Source: Octopus vulgaris (Eukaryota). From it: DNA of 64,000 nucleotides. A program made the position numbers and the translations under genes. The notes beneath the pieces are model-generated. The model saw nothing but the letters and a program-made list of their open reading frames with translations, was not told the DNA's origin and made no database searches. Below, in pieces: positions 13,976 to 28,643 of this stretch (position 1 is its first letter; each line of letters starts with the position of its first letter). The DNA is taken from positions 36,270,001 through 36,334,000 of the forward strand of contig OX597830.1 of NCBI GenBank assembly GCA_951406725.2, given 5' to 3'.

Positions 13976-15272
13976 GCCACTGTTGCTCCCAGGTCTACTC
14001 AGACCCGGAGTAATGACACCTGTCAGGGTCCCAATCATGAGTTAATTAGTGAATTGTGAAAGAAACTTCAAGCACAAGCCCTCACAGCTTTGAGAGAACC
14101 TCGCGAAAGGAAAAAGCGGAGCGAGTCAACCTCAGCTGCCAGTCAATGAGTGGAGTCCCTGGGGCTGTCCTGTGCCTTCTTTGACAAACCTTCCGATAAT
14201 TCCAGACTAGGAGGAGCTCTCCAGTTTTCTAAGGCAATTCCCCGAGAAGGAGACCACTCCAATATAAAACCTACAACTTGCTGATCCTCGCATTTGTCTT
14301 AACCCACTGAGCCATTGTAGTTAAATCTCCAAGTCTAAAGAGTTGGATCACATTGCATGGACTGAATCTCGCTTTAAAACTACAAAGCACAGATAGGAAG
14401 AAAAACCCTGAGGTGTCAAGGATCGGTTTACACAACCACTTGAGGGCATGCCACTTTTCATCATATTTTTTAAACAAAAGAAAACTGCCATCATCAGATC
14501 CTGTCAATATCAGGTTTTGAATATAGTCCTGTATGATAACGAAACAACGAAACATTGAGCAGTCGTGCAGCGCAAAGATATCATTTCTGATACTAGTTAT
14601 TTGCATATATACTTATTTGGGCAAGTGAGAGGCTGGAATTAACAGAGTAGATTTGATTTCCTTATAAAAGTGAGTTTGTACGTATTACACGGGAAAGTAG
14701 TAGAATTTCAACTCAGCCCTCAACTTTGATACGAATGAAAGGGACCTCTAAATGGCTATTTAAACTGAAAGAATTAGTAACCAAATTTCACAAAAGCGCA
14801 CACAACCATATTAAAAAATGTAAGGAATATATTAGACAAATATAATCATGAGCACGCTATGCTTGATAAAAGAAAAATGGGATGGTCCTGGCGGGTAGGT
14901 CTTGAGAAAATACTGACCTTGCTCTAGGTTAAACTACAACACCAACAGCAAGAACTAGATTCTAATAAGCCGAGATAGAGGTAGACGTGGATACGCTCTA
15001 CGAAAAAACAAATACAAAGATCTGTAGACGCTGGTAAGGTATTCTACTTCACATAGAAATTTATGTTGAATATTTTTGTTAACTTTAAATATATTTGTTA
15101 GCGATGAACATTCTCATGAACTTATAACACCATTGTCAAACCCGAAAACAGGTTGTCTCTTGAAAATTCTTGGCGACAGTGAGCCAAAATATACCCAGCT
15201 CTAGTTCGATTAAATGAATCTCTGGATGTGTTTCTCATGAATAATAATAATTATTATTATTATTATTATTAT

Positions 15273-15485
15273 CATTCAGTAGTTTTATTTTTATAACGTG
15301 CTTTCACTTCACTACCGAGCGCAGCTCTGTGTGCCTTGGGTATGTGCTGTGATTTGTTGTGATGCTCTGATGGTTATTGTATGGAAAGTGTTCTGCGTAG
15401 GATGTGGGCAGTGCCCAGTAGTGCAATTTTCTGTATGTTATATGTGTTTGTAAGTCCTGGTATTTTTTTTCATGTATTTGTCTGT
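15273..15485 (-). mobile_element. R4/Dong-like 3' fragment
   Basis: KYMKKIPGLTNTYNIQKIALLGTAHILRRTLSIQ* plus 3' UTR abutting (TAT)n. Confidence 0.8.
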
Positions 15486-15554
15486 TATTATGTATTTGTC
15501 TGTGTTATGTATTTATCATCATCATCATCATAATCATCATCTCTGCAACAGAAT

Positions 15555-15740
15555 TTATTAAGCTCGAAAAATATAAAGATTTGCTGATTGAAATCAAAAA
15601 TAAAATGTGACGGCTTCGATACCAATAATTGTAGGAGCACTGAAAATTGTTTGAGGATGATCATTGGCTTACAATCCCTGCAAGAAGATTGTTTTAACTG
15701 GAACGTCACACATATTGAGAAGAACATTTTTCGCTGCGAA
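15555..15740 (+). mobile_element. Degraded R4/Dong-like 3' fragment
   Basis: KLEKYKDLLIEI, IPIIVGAL and KIVLTGTSHILRRT in shifting frames. Confidence 0.7.
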
Positions 15741-15974
15741 ATTTCTTTCCTTTTTTCTCCTTTATTTTCTTTGTTTACTTCTTATTCATATTTTCCTGTT
15801 TTTTTCTTTCCTTTTTCCTTATTTCTTCTTTTTTTTTAGCACATGATTTTGTAGATGAACAATCTGGTGTGTTTATTTCAGCGGTCTGCCAATGCATCGG
15901 GAATGTGTCTGCTCTAGGTTTCGGGAAGACATGCGGCAAGAAATGGAAACAAAACTGAAAGCTAAATTGAAAGG

Positions 15975-16252
15975 ATAATGATAATAATAATAATGATGAT
16001 GATCATTATCATCATCATCATGAAGAAGGAGGAGGAGGAGGAGGAGAAGAAGAAGAACAACAACAACAACAACACCAACAACGAAGAAGAAGAAGAAGAA
16101 GAAGAAGAAGAAGAAGAAGAAGAAGAAGAAGAAGAAGAAGAAGAAGAAGAAGAAGAAGAAGAAGAAGAAGAAGAAGAAGAAGAAGAAGAAGAAGAAGAAG
16201 ACGGCAACGGTAGCAACGGTGGTGGTGGTGCTGGTGCTGGTGCTGGCGGTGG
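15975..16252. repeat. Compound triplet repeat with pure (GAA)n at 16083-16200
   Basis: Visible. Confidence 0.95.
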
Positions 16253-16446
16253 TCTCTTTATAGGTAAGAACTCTTGCCGGAAGCATACTAAGAATCTAGC
16301 GACAAATACGAACGAGCGATCCAACGATCGATAAATTCGTACCCCCTATTCAAAGGGTCAGTTTTGTCTTTTCATAATACTCTACACATATACACAGAAA
16401 CCTGATATTTCCCTGTCCTACGGGAAAATTTTTAGTGTGTGTATGT

Positions 16447-16544
<98 letters not shown>

Positions 16545-17334
16545 GTTGGCGGATGTAAATATGTAGGAAGGTTGTGGATGTATGCATATATATCTGTACC
16601 GGTGTTCTTATATATCTCATTTCTGGGTAGTGTGTGTATGAACGACCTCGAGACTTTCTGAGTCTGTATAAGCGCATGTGTGTTATGTGTGTGTGTGTGT
16701 GTGTGTTATGTGTGTCTGTGTATGTGTGTGTATGTGTGTATGTACGTATGTGTATGTATATATATATACATATATATATATATACATATATATATAGAGA
16801 GAGAGAGATAAATAGTGAGAGAGAGCGTGTGTGAGAGAGAGAGAGAGACTGAGACAGACAGGCGGGCAGATTGATAGATAGATAGATCGATAGATATAGA
16901 CATACATACTATATGTCTACATATATATCGATATATGTGCGTGTGTGCTTGTGTATTTGTGTGTGTGTGTGTGTGTGTGTGTGAAGTATGTAATTTAACA
17001 CTTCACTTCCGCGGGTGTTATATTTCTAATTTCTCCTAGTCTCATTTTATATATGTGTATTCAGGTGTGTGTACATGTGTGTACATGTATGTGTGTGTGT
17101 TTGTGTATATTTGTGTGTGTGTGTTTGTGTATATTTGTGTGTGTGTGTGTGTGTGTATTCATATCATGCATCTATTTTCTAAACGTCGGAATAAACATAT
17201 ATATGTCCGTGTATGTTTATATATCATAAAGACTGCGACACATACGTCCATATATGAATAGTATACAACTGTACACGTATTTACTTATAATGAACAGGAA
17301 GTATAATAAATGTGTATATAGATATAGATATTTC

Positions 17335-17382
<48 letters not shown>

Positions 17383-17457
17383 GATTCACATAAGTACATA
17401 CATGTGTGTGTGTTCGTTCATGTCAGCACATGTATGTGGTGCATGCTAATGCATGAG

Positions 17458-17695
17458 TATGTATGTATGTATTTATGTATGTATGTATGTATGCATGTAT
17501 GTATGTATGTATGTATGTATGTATGTATGTATGTATGTATGTATGTATGTATGTATGTATGTATGTATGTATGTATGTATGTATGTATGTATGTATGTAT
17601 GTATGTATGTATGTATGTATGTATGTATGTATGTATTTATGTATGTATGTATGTATGTATGTATGTATGTATGTATGTATGTATGTATGTATGTA
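17458..17695. repeat. (TATG)n microsatellite
   Basis: Visible. Confidence 0.95.
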
Positions 17696-17925
17696 CGTAC
17701 GCCTCTGTATTACGGTTTACAATGACGGATGTTGAAGACGTGAATACAATTATATATTTTACCTATGATTATTATATTTACTTTTATTCATTATTTGAAA
17801 AAACACCGACAATTTCAAACTTATTCATAATATAGATGAAAAACTTTCTATAAACACTTACGCATATATATATATAAGCACATATACATACACACATACA
17901 TATATATTTACCTCTGAGTGTGTGA

Positions 17926-18007
<82 letters not shown>

Positions 18008-18360
18008 GTATATATGGTGCACACATGTACAATTTATGTTTCAAGAAATATATACTCTCATATGTACGCGTGTGGATATGTGTACATTTATGTATGTATA
18101 TCGGAATTTATATACATATATATGTATATAAATGCGCGCGCGTGTGTGTGTGTGTGTGTGTGTGTACGTACTCCTTCGTGAAAGCATAATCGGAAGTGAG
18201 AGTAAAGCTGTTTATGAATGAGATACGTTTGAATAAAAACGTAATAGAATTACATGTATTTAGTGATTATACTTCTTATCTAAATATACGGATATGTATC
18301 AGTATATATTCAGCATCCATACACACACATACAGACACACATATATATATATATAATTGC

Positions 18361-18423
<63 letters not shown>

Positions 18424-18445
18424 TATATAATTACATATTTATACG

Positions 18446-18511
<66 letters not shown>

Positions 18512-18937
18512 CATAAGTGTGTGTGTGTGTGTGTGTGTGTGCGTGCGAATGTATGTATCTTATTTCTATGAATTCTATTCATTGAAAAAGCACAATAACA
18601 ATCAGGTTTTATTGGAATTGTTATCAACACTTTATCCACAATATATTCCAATGATTGTGACAAACTCTATTATTACTGATATACCAATAGGTATGCATCA
18701 ATATACATAAATATACATGCATACATACCTATAAATATAACTACACATATTTATATAGAGAGAATGTATGTGTATAATCATAGTTGTATGTATGTGTTAC
18801 AGTATGTTGGTGTATTTGTTTGTTTTTACATGGTTATATCCTGTGCACTGTAGCTCTGTGTATCTATCAGGTGATATGTCTAACGTTTTGTATAATTTTC
18901 TTTACCCCTTTTCTTTTCTTTTTTTATATTTGTACGC

Positions 18938-18968
<31 letters not shown>

Positions 18969-19365
18969 CATCTGCGTGTGTGTGTGTGTGTGTGGCGGGG
19001 AGAGCTTTTGTTCAGATATTTTATTACTGAAAGGGAGAGTGAACGGTAAAACGAGTTACAGAGATAGTGAGGTGGAGTTAAACCAAAAAAAATATGGTGC
19101 GACCATACATTAGATTTGGTGAAATAATACCACTGAAGAAAAGAATAAGTGAAGGAAGGCGAGAATGAAAGAACGAAAGAAAGGTAGAAAAAAAGGAAGA
19201 AAACAGAAAGGAAGGAAGGAAGGAAGAAAATCGTATATGCATACATAAATACACATACACATGTAGATATAGATGTGTATTTATTTATGTATTCATGCAT
19301 GCGTGCATGTGAATACTAGAAACAAATCGGCGTGATGGAGAGAGAATGAGTGTTAATGTAAGCAA

Positions 19366-19454
<89 letters not shown>

Positions 19455-20384
19455 GACAGACTGACGGACAGACTGGCAGACAGACACACAGAGATACAAA
19501 CAGATAGACAGACAGGCAAACAGAAGCAGAAATATATTCTTGCGATGAAAGCAATTCTCAATCAGTGATTACTTTGCAGATTCGATGAGAAATTAGTCAA
19601 CAGTCGAAAGTCGCTATGGCTACCAATCAAAATTCTTTCTACTTTTATTATATTTCTCTCTTCCAGAGAAATTCAGAACTTTTGAACAAGTCCCAACGAG
19701 AAGTAGTCACTACATACAAATATTTGAAACATTAACTTTAGGCTATATACGTGTGTGTATATGTAGATTTAAACAAAAATTAAGGGAAATAACTTAGTGC
19801 GACCATTAGTATGAATGCGAACAATAAGAACGAAAGAAAGGTTTAATAAATACCATAAAAGATAAATTATTGATTTATTGAATGTATCTTGTTTCGAAAG
19901 TAAACATATACATAGAAGCAATTCCAAATGACTCCGAATGGGAAAGGGAGATAATCTCAAGGATTTTCGAGGCGTCAAGAAATCTCTGGAACTAATATGA
20001 CATTAACGAGATGTCCATTAGGAGCGATAAAGAACAGTTTTGAAGGGGTGTTTCTGCCTCTGTAGGCGTCATCCGCTTGTGATTGTTGTCAAACCAGACG
20101 TAAGACTTAAATATATACAAAAAGAAGAGAGAATATTTATGGCCTAGAGTATTTTGGTCGCTTAAAACAAAATGTGCTAAGAGAAGTAACTAAGGTGGCC
20201 CTAAGCAAAAACTTAGACAACAGAGACAAAGTTATGTAAAAAACCAAATAAAATGAATTCGTGTATCACTGAAATTGCCCTCATTTCAAGAAAAGCTAAA
20301 TGAGAGAATCCTATATGTATATGCATATATATGTGTGTGCTTGTGTGTATATGTGTGTGTATGTGTGAGTGTGCATGTGTGTGT

Positions 20385-20578
20385 GGTTCAAAATTGTACA
20401 CAAAACAAACGATAGAAGACAGGTAAGGGAACAAGAAGCATGGTGTGTTAGATTGACGCTCAGAAAAAATGGAAGTCTTTGAGGTTTCGAGCCTGCGCTC
20501 TTCTACAGAAAGAAATGAGGTAAAACACATGGAGGGGAAAAAACGGAGAGAGAAAAAACGTATCTGGATTAACAGTTT
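20385..20578 (-). mobile_element. PLE-type terminal fragment with degenerate hammerhead-like motif
   Basis: Minus strand ctttctgtagaagagcgcaggctcgaaacctcaaagac; homologous to 46070-46190. Confidence 0.6.
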
Positions 20579-20701
20579 CACACACACACTCACACACACA
20601 CCACATACACAAACGCAGACACACACACACACATATCTATATGTATATATATTTTTTTTAGGATTAAATACAAAGAAAACAAATGGAAAATATGACATAC
20701 C

Positions 20702-20751
<50 letters not shown>

Positions 20752-20862
20752 AAGACAAAGACAAACACACACACAGGTATGTTGTATTTTCCGTTTGTTG
20801 TCTCTTTATTTAATCCTGAAAATATTTATATAACGCAAACACTCATTCATTCTTTTACCTCC

Positions 20863-20960
<98 letters not shown>

Positions 20961-22075
20961 GCACACACTTTATCACAACATTATAATGAAACGTAATGTC
21001 GTTTCTTTCCATCATATATAAAAAAAAAACAAATGCTGTAAAATTAAACATAACACTAAACTAACGATGGATAACGCTAGTAAGCATGCAAACGCATATT
21101 TTACAAGCGCCATCTAAGACATCATCTTTATATGTCTGCTGTCTATTTCATGCAGGTGTAATTCCTTTAAGGTAAGACTAATCTTAAAATGCAAAATACT
21201 AAGTAAAGAACTTAAATATATTTGTATGGGTTTAATAGATACAATTTAACACATTTCTAAAGCAGGGTGTCTCTTTGATCTTTATTAATCCATTTAAAAT
21301 TCTCGCAACTTTGTTTTCTTCGGTATACAGAGCAGAAAGTGTTTCCCACTAAGCTACGTTTTCTGCTGGTTTCTTAGACGTCTCATTAAATGAAAATTGT
21401 TATAAATTAGGACAAATGAATAAATGAGAAGATAGAAGCAATAGTACAAATTAAAAATAAAGCAGCCACGTGACGAAGAACTTACGAAGTTTACCAGAAT
21501 CAAATCTAGTCATGTTTTGTTACTGTCTGGTTTTGAGTTGAACTGAGAAGTGGTGAGCAGATACTCCTTCAAATTTTTACTTTCCAAGTATTTATTCCTT
21601 CCTTGATTCATGATACAATGACGACTAAACATCTTATTGTGCCCCACCGCCATTTGTGGACACATACAACTAAAGAAGACGACACTGGAAACTAAATCAT
21701 AAGTCACGGATCCAGCTCGCATGCGCCCTGTTCGGTTCTGTCACTGCGGAGGAGATAACCAGTGCAAAATGCTAGCATCTCACTGCGTGGGTAGGTGGCA
21801 CTGCGAGCTGATTTAGATGTATTTACACCATTCGTCTACAGTGAGAAATCTTCTCCAAGACAAAACACAGTGAATGGCTCGCTTACGAATTCGAACGTGC
21901 CACAAGCATATTTGAACATTGCATTTAAATCATAAGTGTCATGGAGATTCAACGATGTTAGTGAACTGCAGAAATTAGAAGAGCCCTTGGAATGCAACCG
22001 ATAATCGCACAAGTAATTCATAATAATGCAGACGAAGTTAGAGCTTATTCTCAAGGTGTAGAACCTTCTATCTCT

Positions 22076-22542
22076 GTGGAGGCGCAATGGACCTGTGGTT
22101 AGGGCAGCGGACTCGCGGTTTCGATTCCCAGACCGGGCATTATGAGTGTTTATTGAGCGAAAACACCTAACAGCTCCACGAGGCTACGACAGGGGGTGGT
22201 GGCGATCCCTACTGTACTCTTTCGCCTTCTTCCAATTGTACCTGTATTTCAAAGGACCAGCCTTGTTACACTCTGTGTCACGCTGAATCTCCCCGAGAAC
22301 TACGTTAAAGGTACACGTGTCTGTGGAGTGCTCAGCCACTTGCACGTTAATAAATGAACTGCGATGTCACTGGTGCCAAGCTGTATCAGCCTTTCCCTTG
22401 GATAACATCGATGGCATGGAGAGTAGAGGGTGGTATGTATGGGCGACTGCTGGTCTTCCATGAACAATCTTGCCCAGACTTGTGCTTCGGAGGGTAACTT
22501 TCTAGGTGCAATCCCACGGTCAATAATCACCGAAGGGGTTAC
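22076..22542 (+). mobile_element. SINE family A (tail type 2)
   Basis: Same head and body as 39257-39644, diverging after cacttgcacgttaat. Confidence 0.85.
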
Positions 22543-22704
22543 AACAGAACCTTCTATTTCAATAAAATTATCCCGACTTGCCACAGAAGTTTTTTTATTT
22601 GATAGCCTTAAAAAGGAAAACTTCATGGCAAGACGTAATTGGTTAGAATAGTTCAAGAAATGCTGTTTATCCTGCTTTACTGAAACACATTGGTTTACCT
22701 TCTA

Positions 22705-23400
22705 CCTTTTATTTGTTTCAGTCATTGGATTGCGGCCATGCTGGAGCTCGGCCTTCCATGTTTTAAGTCGAAACAATCGACTCCAGGACTCGTTTTTATA
22801 AAAGACTGGTACTTACACTAACGGTCGCTTTTTGCCTAACTGCTAATTTATGAGGAAGTAAACCAACACCGCTTGTGAAGCGGTGGCAAGGGACAAATAC
22901 AAACGGAGTGACACAGATATATATACACACAGAAACACACACACATATACGTACGCACGCACACACACGCACGCACACAGATACACACACCGTGATATAT
23001 ATATATATATGTCGACCACACTATTGGATGTTATCAGGCATCGCTGGTCATAATGCGCTTTGCGTCGTTTTAGCTTCTGAATAATGCCACCTCATTGGCT
23101 GGGCAAGCCGGCCAACCTTCTCGCAGATCTGAAGGTTCTTCCATCGGTGGCTTACCCATTTACAGTTAAGTAGACTGGAGCAAAGTGAAATGAAGTCTTT
23201 TGTTCAAGACCACAACACACAGTCCGGTCCGAGAATCGAACTCACTGTCTAGTAATCGTGAGTGCAAGGCCCAAACTACTAGGATTTTCACAAAGCTTTT
23301 GCCAACCAAATCCACTCGGTCCAGGTCCATAATAGAAAACACTTACCACAGTGCCGTGCAGTGGAATTGAACCCGAAATCAAGAGGTTGCTAAACGAGCT
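22705..23400 (-). mobile_element. Cluster of SINE fragments (B 3' half, A tail 3, D head, B 5' half)
   Basis: Recognisable diverged matches to fuller copies elsewhere in the window. Confidence 0.65.
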
Positions 23401-23709
23401 TCTGAAGTAATTTATTTGCTTATTATTTTAAGCCTTTTTACGAAGCTTAATTTTGAGCCATTTTCTGAATTACTTGGATGCAGTAAATTCTAAATAAATC
23501 AACATTCTGGAACCAACTGAAAATTGCCAGCATCCTTTTAAGGTAATTTTTTCCCAAATTATAGTGAATTTGTGTGATTATATATATTTTATGTATTAAT
23601 AAACATGGAAAGGCTGCCAAAACATACATACATGCGTATATATATATATATATATATATACATACATACATACATACATACATACATACATACATACATA
23701 CATACATAA

Positions 23710-23742
<33 letters not shown>

Positions 23743-23756
23743 CATACATACATACA

Positions 23757-23792
<36 letters not shown>

Positions 23793-23856
23793 TAAATACA
23801 CCCACACATGCATATATATGTAAGTATGTATGTCAACATACATGTATACATACATA

Positions 23857-23892
<36 letters not shown>

Positions 23893-24051
23893 TGTGTGTG
23901 CGTGTGTGTGTGTGTGCGTGTGTGTGTGTGCGTGTGGGTGTGTGTGTGTGTGTGTAATAATAGCTCGGAATCTGACATAGGTATCTTTGTTTCTGAAACA
24001 AGTTATATGGTTATTAAGATATAGCGAGATACATACATACATTACATTACA

Positions 24052-24082
<31 letters not shown>

Positions 24083-24088
24083 CATACA

Positions 24089-24122
<34 letters not shown>

Positions 24123-24825
24123 CATATCTTAAATTTTTATTTAAATAAAGGTACGGATGGTTAACTTTTAATATAGCAAAAGTGAACGCAGTTTTGAATG
24201 AGCGTGCAACGAATTAATGATTCTTCTTTTTTTTTTCGGTCATTTTGTTATAAGTTAAACATACGTATTTTATAAATATTTTAATTATATTTCCTTTAGT
24301 TTGGATGAATATATAATTAAGTATTGCAAGTTATTGGATTCACTCTTTTAATATATTTTTTTTTTGTATCTCCTTATATTGTGGCTAGGCATTTATGCAC
24401 GGACTTTATCAAGTATCTATTCGCAAACTAAAAAAATGATTCTTTGATGAAGAGATTGGTATAGGAACCTATCTAGGAAACAAAAATATCTATGTAAGAA
24501 TTTGAACGGCTAATATTGTCTTTGACTTTTACTTGTTTTGTTGTGTTAGCTATTGTGTTCCATATTGAAGTCTGGCCTAATAAATCGTTGGAGTTTTAAA
24601 CACACTCACATGTATACACTCTCACATACACACACATACACACACACACATTCACATGCGCATATATACTCAGGCAAACATAGGAATATGAATGATTTCA
24701 AAAAATTTAATTAACTGAGATTCTCCTTGCAATTAGAGGAAAATAACTCCCTATCGGTGTGTTTAAAAGTGAAAAACCGTTAGCAAAGCAAACACGCGTA
24801 TATATATACGCACAGACACCTCCTC

Positions 24826-24889
<64 letters not shown>

Positions 24890-24979
24890 TATATAGATAC
24901 GTATATGTGTGCGCGTATGTTTGTGTGTGTGCGTGTGTGCGGATAAACATGCACATATGTACATATCCTTATGCATTGC

Positions 24980-25018
<39 letters not shown>

Positions 25019-25032
25019 ATATATATATCGTA

Positions 25033-25156
25033 AACAAGAATATTGTTGATGGTGACTTCAGAGTTTCGGTTAGTTAAGTCATCGTCAGATTGCTGATGAT
25101 GGCTTAACTAGCCGAAACTTCGAAACATCGAAGTCACTATCAACAATATTCTTGTT
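25033..25156. repeat. Hairpin (about 56 bp arms, 4 nt loop) carrying hammerhead cores on both strands
   Basis: aacaagaatattgttgatggtgacttc...gtttcggttagttaagtcatcgtcag ATTG ctgatgatggcttaactagccgaaac...gaagtcactatcaacaatattcttgtt. Confidence 0.85.
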
Positions 25157-25304
25157 CAAGATGTTAGAATATACCAAAATATAGAGTAACTCCTCAGATT
25201 AATGAAAAATTGTTTTCATTATAAGTAGACATAAAAACAAATGTGTGTGTGTGCGTGTGAGTGTGCGTGTGTGTGTGTGTGTGTGCGTGTGTGTGTGTGT
25301 TCGT

Positions 25305-25775
25305 TTATTCTTTTACTTGTTCTAGTAGTTTGATTCCAGTCAGTTGTGTGCTCCCTGCAGGAGCATTCCCATGAAGGCTTTTAGTTGAACACATCGACCC
25401 CAGAACTTACTTTTTTAAAGCCAGTTATTCTATTGATGCTGAACCGGTAGGTTACTGTAACGTAAACACACCAACACCGTTCGTCAAGCGGTGGTGAGGA
25501 GACAAACACACACATACATAGATGTATATACATACATACATACATGCATACATACATACATACATACATACATACATACATACATACATACATACATACA
25601 TACATACATACATACATACATACATACATACGTCAGGCTTCTTTCAATTTCTGTCTACCAAATCCACTTGCAAGGCTTTTGTAGACCCAAGACTATAGTA
25701 GAAAACACCTGCCCAAGGTGCCATGCAGTGGTACCGAACCCAGAATCACATGGTTGGTGAGTAAACTTTTTACTA
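25305..25775 (-). mobile_element. SINE family B with internal (TACA)n
   Basis: Both halves present around the microsatellite. Confidence 0.82.
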
Positions 25776-26230
25776 CATACACACGCGCGCGCACACACAT
25801 ATACTTCTACCTTTACGGTGCTTTATTTTACTGGAAAGTAATACATTTGTATTGCAAGATTTTATTTTTCATTGAAAACTTTTTTCACTGTTCTCAGTCT
25901 GTTAACGGTTAGGCTTTCAGGCGAGTATACTGGCATTGATGTAGCAAGATTTGAAATACTGTCCAGGTAAATCTAGCTGAAGAAGACTAATCAAATTTAT
26001 GATAACAAACGTATTTGAAGAATCCGAAACCAAGGTACTAGATTATCCGATTCTTGGTTGTCCATTTATCTAATGTTCTTCCTAGAGGAATTTTTAATGT
26101 TCGCTGCCCTCAAGAGCCTTTGCCAGTATATACACATTGAAGCTTTACTATAGCGTCGTAAATGTATTGACTGCTATTTCCAGTGTACATTGGTGCTTTG
26201 TTGTATCATTACTCTATATTTATTTATATA

Positions 26231-26625
26231 CTAGCAGTATCGCCCGGCGTTGCTCGGGTTGTAAGTGAAATAACTATATAAGCATTTTTAGAGAGTTATA
26301 GCCAAAAAATAGCAAAAAAATGCATTAAAAATTGAAAAAAAATTAAGGTAAATTTTTTTTTTAAATCGTTGACACATCGTAGATATTTTTAGAGAGTTAC
26401 TTCCCTTATATAACAGCGAAAAAATGCATTAAAATGGAAAAATATGATGGTAAATTTTTTTTAAATCGTAGACTCATCGTAGACGCGCGCTAATACCCAG
26501 AAGGGCTCGATATGAATCACGACTATAAGATACCCGCTTTTGGTTAAACTGCACCGCAAAATGTGGGAGTAGTTACGAATCTAAATCGTAGGAGACAGAC
26601 ACACAACTTCACTCTTATATAAAGA
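26231..26625 (-). mobile_element. Non-autonomous Helitron
   Basis: Minus strand starts TC, ends with hairpin cccgagcaacgccggg then CTAG; inserted between A and T with no TSD; internal tandem sub-repeats. Confidence 0.85.
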
Positions 26626-27511
26626 TGCTTTTTTTTTCAGTCATAGAGTTAGATTTATGAAGGTCTTCAGTAGAAAATCCTTCGAATTCTGACTCGCTGC
26701 TTGATATAATGAAATTCGTATCCATTTTTTGTCAGCATTACAAATTTTGAAAACACAATAGGAACAAATTTCGGAAAAAAATCTCCCATAATTCACGGAA
26801 TTAAAATTACACTTCGATTTTTGTACAAAACTGTATTTGAAGTGTTTACGAAGTATAATACGTGTTTTCACGAATGTACTAAAGAGATTTACTCTGATAT
26901 TCTCATTTAAATATGAATAGGTAAATTCGGGCGGTTTGGTAACGAAAGGGTTTATATAAGTGTCGTCTGTTTATACATAAACACTGTTTCATACTTTCAG
27001 TTTAGTCTTCCTCAAATCACTCTGTCGCTATTTACTCTCTTCCAAGAACATTTTCACTCACTCTTATCTGTTAGCTTGCCATACATTTTACTCATGTATC
27101 TATCAGCGTGATAGACAGAAACAAATATTACATCTAGTTTCACTTTATTCGTTGCACACTGTGTGTGTGCGTTTGCGTGTGCTGTAAACCAGACTAAGAA
27201 AAGCATTTGACATACACACCAGAATGTGAGTTTTCTGTAAATTTTGCTTAATTGGAGTTTAAATTTTAAAAACTGGACCTGGCAAAACCCGATGCATTCT
27301 ACTCTTAAAAATGCTAGGTAAATTGTAATTGAAGAAATCCTATATTGTAGATTTCTATAACTGACAAAGTGAGGCAGATAAAATCTGCCTTTTATAATAA
27401 GATATATATATATATATATATATTGCATTTCAATATGTGACCGCGTGTGTATCGATTTTCTTTCTCCGTCTTCCCTTCTTTGGACATTTTCTATATTTCT
27501 GATGAAGAGTT

Positions 27512-28348
27512 CCGCATTATCAGTTGAAGAATTGGCAACAAAACTTAGTTCAAAACATACAACTGTTCATCGTCATCTTCAACAACTTGGAATGGTTCCT
27601 AAACTTGGAAAATGGGTGCCTCATGAATTTTCCGAAAGCAACTGCAAATTCCGAGTTGACATCTGCTCTTCTCTCTATTCTCGTGAACTCCTTTCACCCT
27701 TTTTGGATAGACTTGTGACTGGTGAGGAAAAATGGATCTTCTATCGAAATGTTAAACATCGTAAACCGTGGGTTGGTAAAAGGGAAAAGGCTCAACCACA
27801 ACCGAGAAGGGAACTTCATGGGGAAAAAAGGTTCTATCTGGTGGGATTGCAAAGGTGTAATTCACTTTGAATTGTTATCACCTAATGAAACAATCAATGC
27901 TCAAGCCTACTGTCAGCAATTAGAGTGTTTCAACCAAGCTTTGAAGTAAAAAAGACACGCTTTAGTGAATTGAAAAGGAGTGATGTTTCATCAGGACAAT
28001 GCGCGACCCCACACTTCAAAGATCACATCACAGAAGATCGAAGAGCTTGGTTGGGAAAATTTTCCTCATCCACCTTATTCTCCCGTCCTTGCTCCTTCAG
28101 ACTACCATTTGTTTCGTAGTTTACAGAATCATTTGGGGGACATAAATTTCGCAAGCCAGGGAGAGGTCGAAACTGACATTTCAGAGTTCTTCGTTTTGAA
28201 ACCAAAAGAGCTTTACATTGATGTGATTTAAAAGCTTGTAAATAGATGGAAGGCGGTCATAGATAATCAGGGAAAGTACAATTAGATATAACATTTAATC
28301 ATATGTTTTCTTTATTCAAAATTCGGACAAGACTTATGGGATGACCTG

Positions 28349-28351
<3 letters not shown>
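27512..28351 (+). pseudogene. mariner (DD34D-type) transposase relic, 5' part missing, right TIR intact
   Basis: WVPHEF, DRLVTGEEKW, HQDNARPH and YSPVLAPSDYHLF motifs; frameshift near 27830, stop at 27947-27949; TIR ...cggacaagacttatgggatgacctga+TA. Confidence 0.92.
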
Positions 28352-28389
<38 letters not shown>

Positions 28390-28442
28390 GTAAATAGAGA
28401 GAGACTGACAGATAAACAGAATGTGGAGAGAGACAAAGAAAG

Positions 28443-28643
<201 letters not shown>

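Noticed and set aside
25920-26200. Possible very old RTE fragment (DKWT, GQPR on the minus strand)
   Set aside because: Too degraded to support
26925-26955. piggyBac-like end (ggtaacgaaaggg-ttta)
   Set aside because: No matching opposite end and the TTAA is imperfect
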